NCBI GenBank assembly: GCA_965208735.1
Contig: CBDBPM010000002.1
Location: 733,145-797,144 of the forward strand
From: Candidatus Poribacteria bacterium
Lineage (GTDB): Bacteria > Poribacteria > WGA-4E > WGA-3G
Direction of reading: 5' to 3'
DNA length: 64,000 bases
Both the position numbers and the translations under genes were made by a program. Position 1 is the stretch's first letter. Each line of letters starts with the position of its first letter. A model generated the notes under the pieces. That model saw nothing but the letters and a program-made list of their open reading frames with translations, did no database searches and had not been told where the DNA came from. Shown here in pieces: positions 1 to 9,906 of this stretch.

Positions 1-80
1 AAACGGGCAATAATGCACTTCGCATTTGGGTGAGTACACCGCAGAATTGCCCTACTACGAATGGGGTTACTCCCAATTTT
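1..80. repeat. Copy X of the dispersed 'CTACTACGAA' repeat family (related to 56205..56350 in reverse orientation and to 61433..61475)
   Basis: Nucleotides 22-66 (catttgggtgagtacaccgcagaattgccctactacgaatgg) are near-identical to the reverse complement of 56208..56248; the shared motif is ctactacgaaYSgggtttac. Confidence 0.5.
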
Positions 81-363
81 AGACTGGACAGACCAATAGA
101 TAAAATAAATTTGCTTTTATAAACCAATCATGTTATCACATATAATGTATACTAAAATTAGTAAAAATCACCCTATAACCGTGGTAATCCTATAATCTCG
201 TAAATCCCGATTCAGACAAACAAAACCGCTATTTTGCTTGATTTATCACCAATATATTTGGTATAATTAAGGACAAAGCAGGCTGAAATTTTCGGCAAGT
301 AGTCGCAGTCCATAACCCCAAAAGTACACACGCTCAACCAGTAACCGACAGGACAACCACAGC

Positions 364-1290
364 ATGGCGGTACGAGAAGGAACTCCAGAGAGATTCTGGT
401 GTGTTAAACAGATAGATATCTTCCAAGATCTCTCCGAGTCAGATGCAAACGCGCTCGAACGGATAACGACCTTCAAACAACTGAAATATAGCGACACCAT
501 TTCTACCGAAGGTGTCTATCTGCTGAAAGAGGGACGCGTCAAAATCTATGAAACACCGGCTGAAGGAGAACCTGTCACCTTAGAGGTGCTGGAACCGGGT
601 GAAATCCTTGGGGCAATCAAATGGGACGACAACGAAGCAAGTCGGAACGTCACCGCTGAAACACTTACAGAAGCCGTCATCGGTATCGTTAGTGCGAAGA
701 ACTTCCAATTCTTTCTGAAACGAAAACCGCATTTAGCGATGCCGTTCAAACGTCCACTGCTTCAGCGTATCCGATCTGCTATAGATGCTGTCCGATGTCG
801 TTTACGGATTCCCGATATTGCAAAATCCAAGTGGGCATCAACTAAAGCATCAAACGCTATCGATTTAACCAAGATACGAGGACAATCGCGAAGTGGAACA
901 ACCAACCCGTTTCCAAACATTGCGTTTCGGAGTCCAGCCTCGCGGCTCGCGCTGTTATTACACAACTACGCCGATGCACCGACGCGAAATAACACAACTA
1001 TCGGGTACGGTTCACAATGCACCTTACGCAAACTGTCAACAAAAAAAATAGCACAATTAATCGGTTGCTCTGTCGAAAACACAGAAGCACTCCTAAATCA
1101 GTTTAAAGCGCACAAAATCCTTGAGAAACGGTATCGACGCATTCAACTATTAGATCCGTGGCATCTAAAAAAGATTGCCAACGTAAGAATGGAATCGCTA
1201 CCGTTAAAAACTATCAACAATCAAGAGAACACAGAAACTTATGAGCAAAACGAACCCTTACTTGCAGCTCGACCAACAGATGGTGGGTGA
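364..1290 (+). CDS. Crp/Fnr-family transcriptional regulator (cNMP-binding-like domain plus C-terminal HTH)
   Basis: 308-aa ORF. The N-terminal beta-roll region resembles a cyclic-nucleotide-binding domain (LKEGRVKIYE..GEILGAIKW). The C-terminus has an HTH_Crp-like segment (LSTKKIAQLIGCSVENTEALLNQF). Assigned by motif recognition only. Confidence 0.5.
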   Translation: MAVREGTPERFWCVKQIDIFQDLSESDANALERITTFKQLKYSDTISTEGVYLLKEGRVKIYETPAEGEPVTLEVLEPGEILGAIKWDDNEASRNVTAETLTEAVIGIVSAKNFQFFLKRKPHLAMPFKRPLLQRIRSAIDAVRCRLRIPDIAKSKWASTKASNAIDLTKIRGQSRSGTTNPFPNIAFRSPASRLALLLHNYADAPTRNNTTIGYGSQCTLRKLSTKKIAQLIGCSVENTEALLNQFKAHKILEKRYRRIQLLDPWHLKKIANVRMESLPLKTINNQENTETYEQNEPLLAARPTDGG

Positions 1291-2620
1291 TATCTACACT
1301 TCGCAAGAGGTGATGGACAACTTGACCGTCTTATGTGATGAATACGGTTCCAGGTTCGCCGGAACGCCTGAAGAATATGCAGCCGCGACTTTCATTGCAG
1401 ACTGCTTCAAACGCTACGGACTCCAGAACGTCAGATTTGAAGATTATCCTTATGCCGGTTGGACGCGTGGCACGGCGACCCTTGAGGTCCTGGAACCCAT
1501 CCGCCGAACACTGCACTGCATCTCGCTCCCTTACTGTCCTGCTGACGACATCACGACCAAATTGGTCTCTGCCGGACATGGAAGCCCCGCGGAATATGAA
1601 GCACTCGGTGATACCGCCGCCAATACGCTTGTCATGGCGAAGAGTTCTTCACCGCCTGACCTCGGAAGATGGGTACACCGCAAAGAGAAGTTTGAACGCG
1701 CGGTCCTCGCTGGCGCGAGCGGATTCATTTTCGTCAGTGAACACTCTGGTGTCGGTCCCGAAACCGGAAGCCTTCAAAACAATAGACCCGCACCAATCCC
1801 GGGTATCTCCGTTTGCAAAGAGGACGGCGAATTCTTGACGCGGCTTTTGGAACGGAAACAAGGGAAAGTGACGCTAAAGCTTCAAACCACGGACATTAAC
1901 GAACCGCGTACGTCATGGAACGTTGTCGCGGATTTGCCGGGTTCTGAAAACAGTGAGGAGATGGTGGTTGTCGGTTGCCATTATGACGGACACGATATTT
2001 CGCAAGGCGCGCACGACCCTGCCTCCGGCATGGTATCCGTAATAGAAGCCGCCCGTGTCCTATCCGCGTATGCGGGTGACTCGCTCAAACGCACCATCAG
2101 GTTCATCGCCTTTGGCACAGAGGAGATCGGACTCACTGGCGCGTTTCGGTATGTCGATGCACACGACTCAGAGTTGGATAACATCCGGTTCATGCTGAAT
2201 ATGGATGCCGCGGGTGGGGCAAGCCGTAAAGGTATAGTCCTACACTGTTGGGACGCACTGGGACCGTTCTTTAACACCGCACGTGAACAGATGCATGCCG
2301 AAATGCCAATCGGACAGAAAGTGCATTCCTACTCTGACCACTTTCCATTTTTCCTAAAAGGTGTCCCTTCCAGCCATATCGGCGACCCGGAGGCACTACC
2401 CTCTGGCAGGGGTTTCGGTCATACGGCTTATGATACACTGGAAAAGATAAAACTGGAAAATCTACGTGCCGCCAGCGCAGTCGGGGCAAGGATAGCATTG
2501 CGATGTGCGAATGCCGACGATTTTCCCGCGAAACGGCGGACACAAGAAGCCGTCCAAGAAATCGTTGATACCGATCCAGGGTTAGAAGGATATCGTATCT
2601 CTCTGAAGTTGACGCACTAA
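1241..2620 (+). CDS. M28-family Zn peptidase (aminopeptidase) with PA domain
   Basis: 459-aa ORF with metal-binding motifs typical of M28 (VVVGCHYDGHD, DPASG, FGTEEIGLTGA, NMDAAGG). The start is uncertain: it overlaps the upstream gene by 50 nt, and alternative ATGs lie at 1280 and 1313. Confidence 0.7.
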   Translation: MSKTNPYLQLDQQMVGDIYTSQEVMDNLTVLCDEYGSRFAGTPEEYAAATFIADCFKRYGLQNVRFEDYPYAGWTRGTATLEVLEPIRRTLHCISLPYCPADDITTKLVSAGHGSPAEYEALGDTAANTLVMAKSSSPPDLGRWVHRKEKFERAVLAGASGFIFVSEHSGVGPETGSLQNNRPAPIPGISVCKEDGEFLTRLLERKQGKVTLKLQTTDINEPRTSWNVVADLPGSENSEEMVVVGCHYDGHDISQGAHDPASGMVSVIEAARVLSAYAGDSLKRTIRFIAFGTEEIGLTGAFRYVDAHDSELDNIRFMLNMDAAGGASRKGIVLHCWDALGPFFNTAREQMHAEMPIGQKVHSYSDHFPFFLKGVPSSHIGDPEALPSGRGFGHTAYDTLEKIKLENLRAASAVGARIALRCANADDFPAKRRTQEAVQEIVDTDPGLEGYRISLKLTH

Positions 2621-2657
2621 GTTTTGGAAATCAACACGTTGCAATAAAAAACGGATT

Positions 2658-4079
2658 ATGATACGTTTATGTCGTTATTATAGTTGTAAGATCCTGCTGT
2701 TCCTGTGTCTGTCTGCTATATGCGTAGGCACGCTTTGTAACAGTGCTGACAGTGCGGAATTCAGCAAAGCGACTGCACAAGATGCAATAACCGCATCACG
2801 GCGTACCGCAATCGTTACGGCAGTCGCAAAAGCCAGTCCGGCAGTCGTCAACATCAGTGCTGTCCGGAGTATTGAACAGCGAACATCGTTTGACGATTGG
2901 TTTTGGGGTGAAATTCCGACGACGCGCAGGCGTTCATTTCGAGAAGTCGGTTCCGGGGTTGTTGTTGACAAAAATGGACACATCCTCACAAACCATCACG
3001 TCATTGCAGGCGCAAATGAAATCACTGTCACTGTCCCCGATGGGCGGGAATTTACAGCGCACGTCGTCGGATACGACTATCTTTCAGATCTCGCGCTTTT
3101 GGAGACAGACACAGACACAAATCTACCGGCGATTCAGTGGGGAGATTCGGAATCCCTTTTGATAGGAGAATGGGTGGTCGCCATCGGAAATCCATTCGGG
3201 TTATCAATAGGCAACGCACAACCGACCGTTACGGCTGGCATCGTGAGTGCAACGCAACGCGCACTGACTGTCGAAAACCGCTATCATGAAGACCTGATTC
3301 AGACAGATGCCTCCATCAACCCGGGTAATAGTGGCGGTGCTTTAGTAAACATACACGGTGAACTCATCGGTATAAACACCGTCCTCCGCTCAACGAGTGG
3401 CGGTTCACAAGGTGTCGGTTTCGCTATCCCTGTCAATAAGGCGAAAAAAGTCGTTCAACAGATTACCGAATATGGCAGCGTTATACCGCCTTATCTCGCT
3501 ATGGAAGTGCAAACCATCACCGAGGAATTGGCAGAAAAATTGTCAACATCGCTTAGTATTGGGGTCTTGGTCTCAGAAATAGAGAAACGGAGTCCTATCG
3601 CAAATGCCGGTATTAAACGCGGCGATGTCATTGAAAGCATTTCAGGACACCGAATCAAGAGCGAAGAGGACTTTTACGCACTCACACGTCTGCTCCCGCT
3701 CAATCAACCTATAAAGTGTGAGTTTAACCGTCGCGGCAAAAAACGACAAACTGAATTCAAGCTAAAAACCAGACAATGGAATTATACACCCGCAGGATGG
3801 GGTATCACATTTGCCCAACCTGACAAGGCGATGGCGCGCAAATATCAGATGCCCGGCATCATTGTCACGCATGTTGATAAAGAGAGTGGATTGACGAACG
3901 CGCTTAAGCGCGGGGACCTCATCTATCAAATCGACGACACTCAAATTCATTCGCTCGAAATTTTTAAAATCGTTGATGAAAACATCCGGTCCCAATACAG
4001 GACGCTACTCTATTTTGAGCGAGACGGTGTCCATGAAGCCATCCCTGTCACTTTTAATAGAAACAATCGGCGGAGATAA
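2658..4079 (+). CDS. htrA: HtrA/DegP-family periplasmic serine endoprotease with two PDZ domains
   Basis: 473-aa ORF with an N-terminal signal-like hydrophobic segment. It carries the S1C protease catalytic motifs (TNHHVI.. D..LALL.. GNSGGALVN.HGELIGINT) followed by PDZ-like repeats. Confidence 0.8.
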   Translation: MIRLCRYYSCKILLFLCLSAICVGTLCNSADSAEFSKATAQDAITASRRTAIVTAVAKASPAVVNISAVRSIEQRTSFDDWFWGEIPTTRRRSFREVGSGVVVDKNGHILTNHHVIAGANEITVTVPDGREFTAHVVGYDYLSDLALLETDTDTNLPAIQWGDSESLLIGEWVVAIGNPFGLSIGNAQPTVTAGIVSATQRALTVENRYHEDLIQTDASINPGNSGGALVNIHGELIGINTVLRSTSGGSQGVGFAIPVNKAKKVVQQITEYGSVIPPYLAMEVQTITEELAEKLSTSLSIGVLVSEIEKRSPIANAGIKRGDVIESISGHRIKSEEDFYALTRLLPLNQPIKCEFNRRGKKRQTEFKLKTRQWNYTPAGWGITFAQPDKAMARKYQMPGIIVTHVDKESGLTNALKRGDLIYQIDDTQIHSLEIFKIVDENIRSQYRTLLYFERDGVHEAIPVTFNRNNRRR

Positions 4080-4149
4080 GTGTTATTATAGTCTTAACCA
4101 TCAACTCGTGCTTTAACACTTATAACGGAGGCGAGTTGATGATTAAAGT

Positions 4150-4210
4150 TAACAGTTTTCAGTTTTCAGTTAAGAGGTTTTGATGTAGCAATTTACCAGT
4201 TCTTAACAAA
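4150..4210. repeat. Degenerate third copy of the heptamer-GTTAAGAG...CTCTTAAC hairpin element family (see 8805..8903)
   Basis: The element reads gttttca gttttca gttaagag, then a 24-nt loop, then tcttaac. It is preceded at 4093..4127 by tcttaacc..cacttataac, similar to the right arm of the elements at 8805 and 12451. It lies just downstream of the htrA stop. Confidence 0.3.
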
Positions 4211-4387
4211 TCATCAGGGAAATGATTATCAGTCATCGATTATTGGTTGAAGAGGTGTTTTCGTTTAACCAAGGTCTGTAGCCTGTAATGTAATGGAAGG
4301 GTTTTTGATTGGGTATTTCTTCAGATCTACGGAAAAGGTGCTTAAACATCTAATCCACCTCACCGAACCGCAAGGAAAATTAAAAAG

Positions 4388-5104
4388 ATGAAATTGCAAC
4401 TACCAACACTTATTGCTGTCTGCCTTGCTATTCTCCTCATTGGCGGCATCTACTTTTTCTTCGGAGACAAGTCGGAGTTGGGCATCGCTGTCAATTTGGA
4501 AAGTGAAGAGTTCAAACAGATTCGCACGCATGCCACAGATGCCTTCAACGCTGGACAATATCAACAAGCCATTGAGCTTTACACCCAAGCAATGAAGATG
4601 CGTCCTGAAAACGCCGAAATCTTTAACGACCTTGGAGCCGTGTACTACAAACAAGGGATTCAATATGCTGGACCGAATTGGCCCTCATGGGAAAAGGAAT
4701 TGATAGACGAAACACCTGACGCAGCGGTGGCAGAACTCAAAATCGCTATTGATAAAACAGCATCCGGCGCAATCGTGTTCAAAACACGCGATGAAGCCGT
4801 CGCTGACGCTATCGAAGATGAGGCGAAACAATTCGGCGGTCAAGTGTACAGGCAGCGTTGGGAAAATGAAATCACGCTTAATATTCTCATTGGAGAAACA
4901 AAAACCTATCTGTTGCGAGCCAGAGATAACTATCTCTATGCCTTAGATTTGAAACCGACACATAGCGTTGCCTATCGCAACCTCGGTTCGTTCTTTATGA
5001 AGGTCGGTAAAACCGATACGGCAATCGATTACCTTCAAGAAGCACACAAATTAGATCCACGTGATGCCGAGTTGGAAGAATACCTTAACCAATTCAGGAA
5101 ATAA
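4388..5104 (+). CDS. TPR-repeat protein with N-terminal transmembrane anchor
   Basis: 238-aa ORF with an N-terminal hydrophobic helix (LPTLIAVCLAILLIGGIYFFF) and TPR-like repeats (AIELYTQAMKMRPENAEIFNDLGAVYYKQG; AIDYLQEAHKLDPRDAE). Confidence 0.6.
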   Translation: MKLQLPTLIAVCLAILLIGGIYFFFGDKSELGIAVNLESEEFKQIRTHATDAFNAGQYQQAIELYTQAMKMRPENAEIFNDLGAVYYKQGIQYAGPNWPSWEKELIDETPDAAVAELKIAIDKTASGAIVFKTRDEAVADAIEDEAKQFGGQVYRQRWENEITLNILIGETKTYLLRARDNYLYALDLKPTHSVAYRNLGSFFMKVGKTDTAIDYLQEAHKLDPRDAELEEYLNQFRK

Positions 5105-5153
5105 AGCACAAAAATTCTCTCTCTACATCACAGTTTGAGGGAGGAAATCGCTT

Positions 5154-8100
5154 ATGCAGCACAAACTCTGCGCAAATTGTGGGTTTTTGAACCCATCATT
5201 CAAATTTTGCGGTGAATGCGGCATGCCGCTCGACGGCACCTCGCGTTCCGCTGAACTCCCAACAGCAGATACAGTTTCTATCGAACAGGCTTTGCCACAC
5301 GGGGCAGAACGTCGCCAGCTAACCGTCCTTTTTTGTGATATTGTTGACTCCACCGCATTCACCGAAAAACTGGATCCTGAAGAACTCCGAAATCTCTTAG
5401 AAATATACCGGACCTGTATCATGGAGGTGGTTTTAGCACAAAACGGGCACGTCGCGCGCTACTTCGGGGATGGCATCCTCGTTTATTTTGGCTATCCGAT
5501 CGCACATGAAGACACAGCACATCGTGCTGTAAGAGCCGCATTAGGTATTGTCGCTGCTATAGAAACCCTGAATCCGTATCTCCACAAAACCTTCGGCGTA
5601 GAGATTAAAGTTCGGATCAGCATCGATACAGGACGTGTTGTCATTTGGCACATCTCAGAGCAGGAATCTCCCGAAGCGATTGACATCGTTGGTAAAACAC
5701 CGAATCTCGCCGCGAGAATGGAGAAACTGGCAGCACCGAATAACATTGTAATTGGCGATACGACACATCAATTGGTCGAAGGCTTTTTTAACTGCGAGGC
5801 ACTCGGTACTGCCGAATTCCGTGGTATTTCCCAGCCTGTGAACATCTACCAAGTGGCAGGTGAAATCCCCGCGCAAAGCCGACTCGATATCGCCAGTGAG
5901 AGCGGATTGACACCGCTTATCGGACGGGAGCGAGAGGTGGAACGCCTCAAACAAGGATGGGCACAAGCACTTGCAGCCAAGGGACAAGCACTCCTTATTG
6001 AAGGAGAAGCCGGTATCGGAAAATCGAGATGTGTGCAGCTCATTCAGGAACATGTTGAGAGCCACTCGGAGGCCGTCACCTTAGAAGGGAGATGTTCACC
6101 CTATTACCAGAACAGTCCACTGTATCCTATCCTTTCACTGTTTCAAGAACACGTTGTACAGTTTACAAGCACTGATACGGCACAAACAAGACTCGAAAAA
6201 CTTGAAAATTTGCTGCGGGACTATAACGTTTCGACTGTCGGGCAAGATGCCGAAGCGCATATACCGGAAACACTGCCACTCCTCGCTGAATTATTGGAAA
6301 TACCTTTTGAAATACAGCGGCGAACGGAAACCGGCACCGGTGCGCGTTTATATGGCACACCGGTCAAACAGGATACATATCCATCCGGATGGCGGCGAAG
6401 ACAACGACGGCAACAGACGTTAGAAGTACTCGTCCAAGTATTGCTGAAGATGTCAGAACAGAAACCCATACTCTTCGTCGTGGAGGACCTCCACTGGGTG
6501 GATCCGTCCAGTATAGAATTTCTCACACTCTTAATCGAAAAAATCGAAAACGCCAGAATTTTCACAATCTTGTCCTGGCGATCCGACACACACCCCTCAA
6601 TAGTATACAAAAACCGGTACAACGTACAATCCAACGAAAATGGAAACTCACAGACTGCTCCTGATGCGAACCTTATAAATTCTGCTATAGATAGAGAAAT
6701 TTTGGAGAAACTCCTGCGACCCGCATGGGCAAATACACTGCCGTTGGAGGCACTCACACCGCCGCAAGTCGAAACAATGATTCAGCACGTCGCAGGCGAT
6801 ACGCAACTGCCACCAAACCTCTTCACACAAATCGTTGAAATGACTGAGGGAGTCCCACTGTTTGTTGAGGAACTCACACAGACGATGCTTGAAGGCGATG
6901 CGATGGCACTTTCTTCTGACGCATTGGAGGCAACGAGTTCACGGTTTCCCCAAACAATGCAAGTGCCTGTGACGCTACAAGATTTGTTGACAGCACGTCT
7001 CGACGAACTCGGTACAGCGAAGGAGATCGTTCAACTCGGCGCAACGCTCGGTAGAGAGTGGACAGCAGAGCTGCTTCACAAAATTGCAGCCGGAGTCGAT
7101 ATCGGGAATAACATCTTCACCAATTTCGCATCCTTGAAAGATGAATTGGACAAATTAGTAAACGCATTCATCCTCAATCGCAATGAAACGGCTGGCAACC
7201 AATTCCGCTATACCTTTAGGCATCCGCTTCTGCGTGAGACCGCTTATCAATCGCTGTTAAAAAGCAAACGTCAGCAGTATCATCATCAGATTGCAGAGGT
7301 CCTCGAGAACGCGGACGGCTTCCAGCCGGAACTCGTCGCGTATCATTACACCGAAGCCGGACTTCCCGAAAAAGCCGTTGACTATTGGCACAGCGCGGCG
7401 CACCGTGCCTTAGAACGCTCCGCAAACGTGGAGGGTGTTCGCCATATCATGCAAGGACTCACGGCACTTGAAACACTTTCAACGCATATTAACACACCGG
7501 AACCGCGGACGGACGCACACCATCACGATGATCCTGATCGCGTGATGTCCGCAGAAGCCGCCGAACAGCGTGAATTGGAGCTGCAAACGACACTCGGTAC
7601 CGCACTGATTGCGACCAAAGGATATGCATCGCCGGAAGTAGAAGTCGCCTATACACGCGCACGCGAACTGCTGGAAACACTTGAAAAAAGGGAGGAAACC
7701 GCCTTAGCAGATGGATCCGATGCCTTGCTGGATCGGATAAAAGATCTCCGATTCCCTGTGCTGTTCGGGTTGTGGCTCTCCCATCTCGTCCGCGGACGAC
7801 TCCTCTCTGCCCGCGAACTCGGTGAAGCCTGCGTTGCGATTGCCAAGCAAGCGGAAAATCAAGCGTTTGAAGTCGAGGCACACCGCGCCCTCGGGGCCAC
7901 ACTCTACTATTTGAGCGAATTCAACAGTGCATTGGCACACTTGGAGGCAGGCATTGAACGTTATCAACCACAGCACCATCCGGTTCCAGCATTTCTCCAC
8001 TATGTGGCAGAACCCGGCATGACGCTCCTCGCCTATTCTTCACCACTCTTGTGGTGCATCGGCTATCCGAGCCAAGCGGAAGAACGGATCCATCAGGCTG

Positions 8101-8810
8101 TGAGCATCGGAAAGGACTCGAACCATCCGTTTAGTGAGGCAGTATCACTCCACTTCAAAACCGTGCTTTATCAGTACCGAGGTGAAGCGGAGGAAGTGAA
8201 CACATCAGCAACGCAGATGCTACAGATATGTCAAGAGCACGGGTTTTCTGCATGGGAAGCCGCAGCAACCGTGTTGAAGGGTTGGGCATTCGCAGCGCAG
8301 AACTGCCCTGAAGAAGGCATCGCGATGATTCGTGAAGGCATCGACGCTTGGAAAGAGACAAGGGGTGAGTTACTGATGCCTCTCTTTCTCGCGCTTCTTG
8401 GACAGGCACACCAACGTGCAGGGCAATATAGTTTAGCCTTACAGACACTTGACGCTGCATTGCGTGTCATCACACGGACAGGAGAACGCACTTACGCTGC
8501 AGAACTCGCGCGACAGAAGGGTGAACTCTGTCTTATCCTTGCCGAGGAAACTGAGACTGGCAGCAAAGAGAATACGCAATCAACCGTTGCCGAAGCGGAA
8601 TCCTATTTTCAAGAAGCATTAGCGATCGCACGGCAACAAGACGCAAAATCGTGGGAACTCCGAGCTGCGTTGAGCTTAAGCGAATTATGGCGGACGCAAA
8701 ATCGTGGTAAAGACGCATACAATTTACTTCAACCGATATATGCGTGGTTCTCAGAAGGGTTGGATACAAACGACCTTGTGCGTGCCAAAAATCTCTTAAA
8801 AAGGTTATAA
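5154..8810 (+). CDS. Multidomain signalling protein: Zn-ribbon, class III adenylate/guanylate cyclase, AAA/STAND ATPase and TPR
   Basis: 1218-aa ORF with a strong RBS (gggagg). The N-terminus is a CxxC..CxxC zinc ribbon. A CHD cyclase core follows (RRQLTVLFCDIVDSTAF ... GDGILVYFG). Then comes a P-loop NTPase (LLIEGEAGIGKSR) and a long TPR-like C-terminus. It contains one in-frame palindromic insert at 7506..7551. Confidence 0.8.
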   Translation: MQHKLCANCGFLNPSFKFCGECGMPLDGTSRSAELPTADTVSIEQALPHGAERRQLTVLFCDIVDSTAFTEKLDPEELRNLLEIYRTCIMEVVLAQNGHVARYFGDGILVYFGYPIAHEDTAHRAVRAALGIVAAIETLNPYLHKTFGVEIKVRISIDTGRVVIWHISEQESPEAIDIVGKTPNLAARMEKLAAPNNIVIGDTTHQLVEGFFNCEALGTAEFRGISQPVNIYQVAGEIPAQSRLDIASESGLTPLIGREREVERLKQGWAQALAAKGQALLIEGEAGIGKSRCVQLIQEHVESHSEAVTLEGRCSPYYQNSPLYPILSLFQEHVVQFTSTDTAQTRLEKLENLLRDYNVSTVGQDAEAHIPETLPLLAELLEIPFEIQRRTETGTGARLYGTPVKQDTYPSGWRRRQRRQQTLEVLVQVLLKMSEQKPILFVVEDLHWVDPSSIEFLTLLIEKIENARIFTILSWRSDTHPSIVYKNRYNVQSNENGNSQTAPDANLINSAIDREILEKLLRPAWANTLPLEALTPPQVETMIQHVAGDTQLPPNLFTQIVEMTEGVPLFVEELTQTMLEGDAMALSSDALEATSSRFPQTMQVPVTLQDLLTARLDELGTAKEIVQLGATLGREWTAELLHKIAAGVDIGNNIFTNFASLKDELDKLVNAFILNRNETAGNQFRYTFRHPLLRETAYQSLLKSKRQQYHHQIAEVLENADGFQPELVAYHYTEAGLPEKAVDYWHSAAHRALERSANVEGVRHIMQGLTALETLSTHINTPEPRTDAHHHDDPDRVMSAEAAEQRELELQTTLGTALIATKGYASPEVEVAYTRARELLETLEKREETALADGSDALLDRIKDLRFPVLFGLWLSHLVRGRLLSARELGEACVAIAKQAENQAFEVEAHRALGATLYYLSEFNSALAHLEAGIERYQPQHHPVPAFLHYVAEPGMTLLAYSSPLLWCIGYPSQAEERIHQAVSIGKDSNHPFSEAVSLHFKTVLYQYRGEAEEVNTSATQMLQICQEHGFSAWEAAATVLKGWAFAAQNCPEEGIAMIREGIDAWKETRGELLMPLFLALLGQAHQRAGQYSLALQTLDAALRVITRTGERTYAAELARQKGELCLILAEETETGSKENTQSTVAEAESYFQEALAIARQQDAKSWELRAALSLSELWRTQNRGKDAYNLLQPIYAWFSEGLDTNDLVRAKNLLKRL
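7506..7551. repeat. Copy A of the in-frame ~44-nt palindromic element (RPE-like), inside the cyclase CDS
   Basis: The sequence cggacgcacaccatcacgatgatcctgatcgcgtgatgtccg aligns at about 36 of 42 positions with the two copies inside lpxK (12617..12663 and 12957..13000). It is a nested inverted repeat (cggac..gtccg around atcacgatg..cgtgat). It encodes RTDAHHHDDPDRVMS in frame. Confidence 0.6.
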
Positions 8811-8903
8811 GTTATAAGTTATAAGTTATAAGTTAAGAGCGAAAACCGTCTTTGTGAAGTTTACCTCTTAACCAACCACTTATAACTTCTTAACCAACAA
8901 CTA
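8805..8903. repeat. Copy 1 of an intergenic hairpin element: (GTTATAA)x4-GTTAAGAG, a 25-nt loop, then CCTCTTAAC, ending CACTTATAAC..CAACAACTAC
   Basis: A tandem heptamer GTTATAA repeated four times overlaps the TAA stop of the cyclase gene. The 9-bp inverted repeat gttaagag/ctcttaac forms a stem around a variable loop. The same architecture with a different loop occurs at 12451..12550. Confidence 0.6.
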
Positions 8904-8919
8904 CTAAAAAGGAAAAATT

Positions 8920-9780
8920 ATGAGACTTGGCGTCGTTGGACTCTGTAGCGACTTCCGCACACTTACATCAGATGAAATTGCAAACATCAAGGCTTTGGAA
9001 TTTACTGGATTAAGCTTCCATTTCCGCAGCGCGGAAATCCCGTCTGTCCCACCAGATGCTTGTAACCGCTGTGTGCAAATGTTAGAAGCAGCAAAACTCG
9101 ACCTCGTGCAATTCGGCATAACTTACGACGAATGCCTCTTTCATCCAGATGCCGCTGTCCGAGAAGCCGCTATTGAAAGCGCCCAACGTGGTATGGCAAC
9201 CGCTGTCTCGCTCAACGCACACCACTATCTGTTCCGTCCCGGCAGTCTCAATCCCGATGGTGCTTGGACTTCTCACCGGGATAACCATCTCCCAGAATCG
9301 ATGGAACGGTTGATTGAGACCTTGAAACCGATAGCAGCACACGCCGAACGACAGGAACTAACGCTTGTTATGGAGACGCACGCCGTTTCCATTATGGGTT
9401 CACCAGAAATCTGCCGCGAAATCGTAGAGCGGGTCGGTTCCGATCGGCTCCGCATCGTCATGGATTTTGTCAACCACTTTCAAACGCTCCGGCAGGTCTA
9501 TGACAGCGAAGACCGCCTGAACCACATTTTTGACGTAATGGGACCCGTCGCACCGATGGCGCATATTAAAGACATCAGCGTTCAGAACGGTTTGGTACTC
9601 CACCTCAATGAAGAGGTCCCCGGCGAGGGTGAATTGGCACTCGGTATAGCACTAAAACGTTTCGACGCACTCTATCCGGACGGCTACGGATTAATAGAAC
9701 ATCTACCGGCGGAGAAAATTCCGCTCGCGAATCGTAATGTTCGGCAAATCGCCGCCGAAAACGGAGTTCATATCTACTAA
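8920..9780 (+). CDS. Sugar-phosphate isomerase/epimerase (xylose-isomerase-like TIM-barrel family)
   Basis: 286-aa ORF. The pattern LVMETHA..LRIVMDFVNHF with conserved E/D/H metal ligands is typical of AP-endonuclease-2/xylose-isomerase-like TIM barrels. Assignment is by motif only. Confidence 0.5.
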   Translation: MRLGVVGLCSDFRTLTSDEIANIKALEFTGLSFHFRSAEIPSVPPDACNRCVQMLEAAKLDLVQFGITYDECLFHPDAAVREAAIESAQRGMATAVSLNAHHYLFRPGSLNPDGAWTSHRDNHLPESMERLIETLKPIAAHAERQELTLVMETHAVSIMGSPEICREIVERVGSDRLRIVMDFVNHFQTLRQVYDSEDRLNHIFDVMGPVAPMAHIKDISVQNGLVLHLNEEVPGEGELALGIALKRFDALYPDGYGLIEHLPAEKIPLANRNVRQIAAENGVHIY

Positions 9781-9906
9781 TTTCTTTTCGGAATAGTTAT
9801 TGGCGTATCAGCAGTAAAAAAGGCATCTGGTGAACTAATATTTTTTACTGAAGGTTTCCGACAACTGACTGCTGATAGTTTCCAACACGAAAAGGGGGAT
9901 TGACAC

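Noticed and set aside
5492-8769. Numerous 60-180-aa antisense or alternate-frame ORFs inside the cyclase, argC, the giant WD40 gene, GH32 and others (for example 5655..6065, 6221..6757, 15498..15947, 25225..25713, 50752..51264)
   Set aside because: They are fully nested in confidently assigned genes on the opposite strand or in another frame, and have low-complexity, Arg/Cys-rich translations typical of spurious ORFs.
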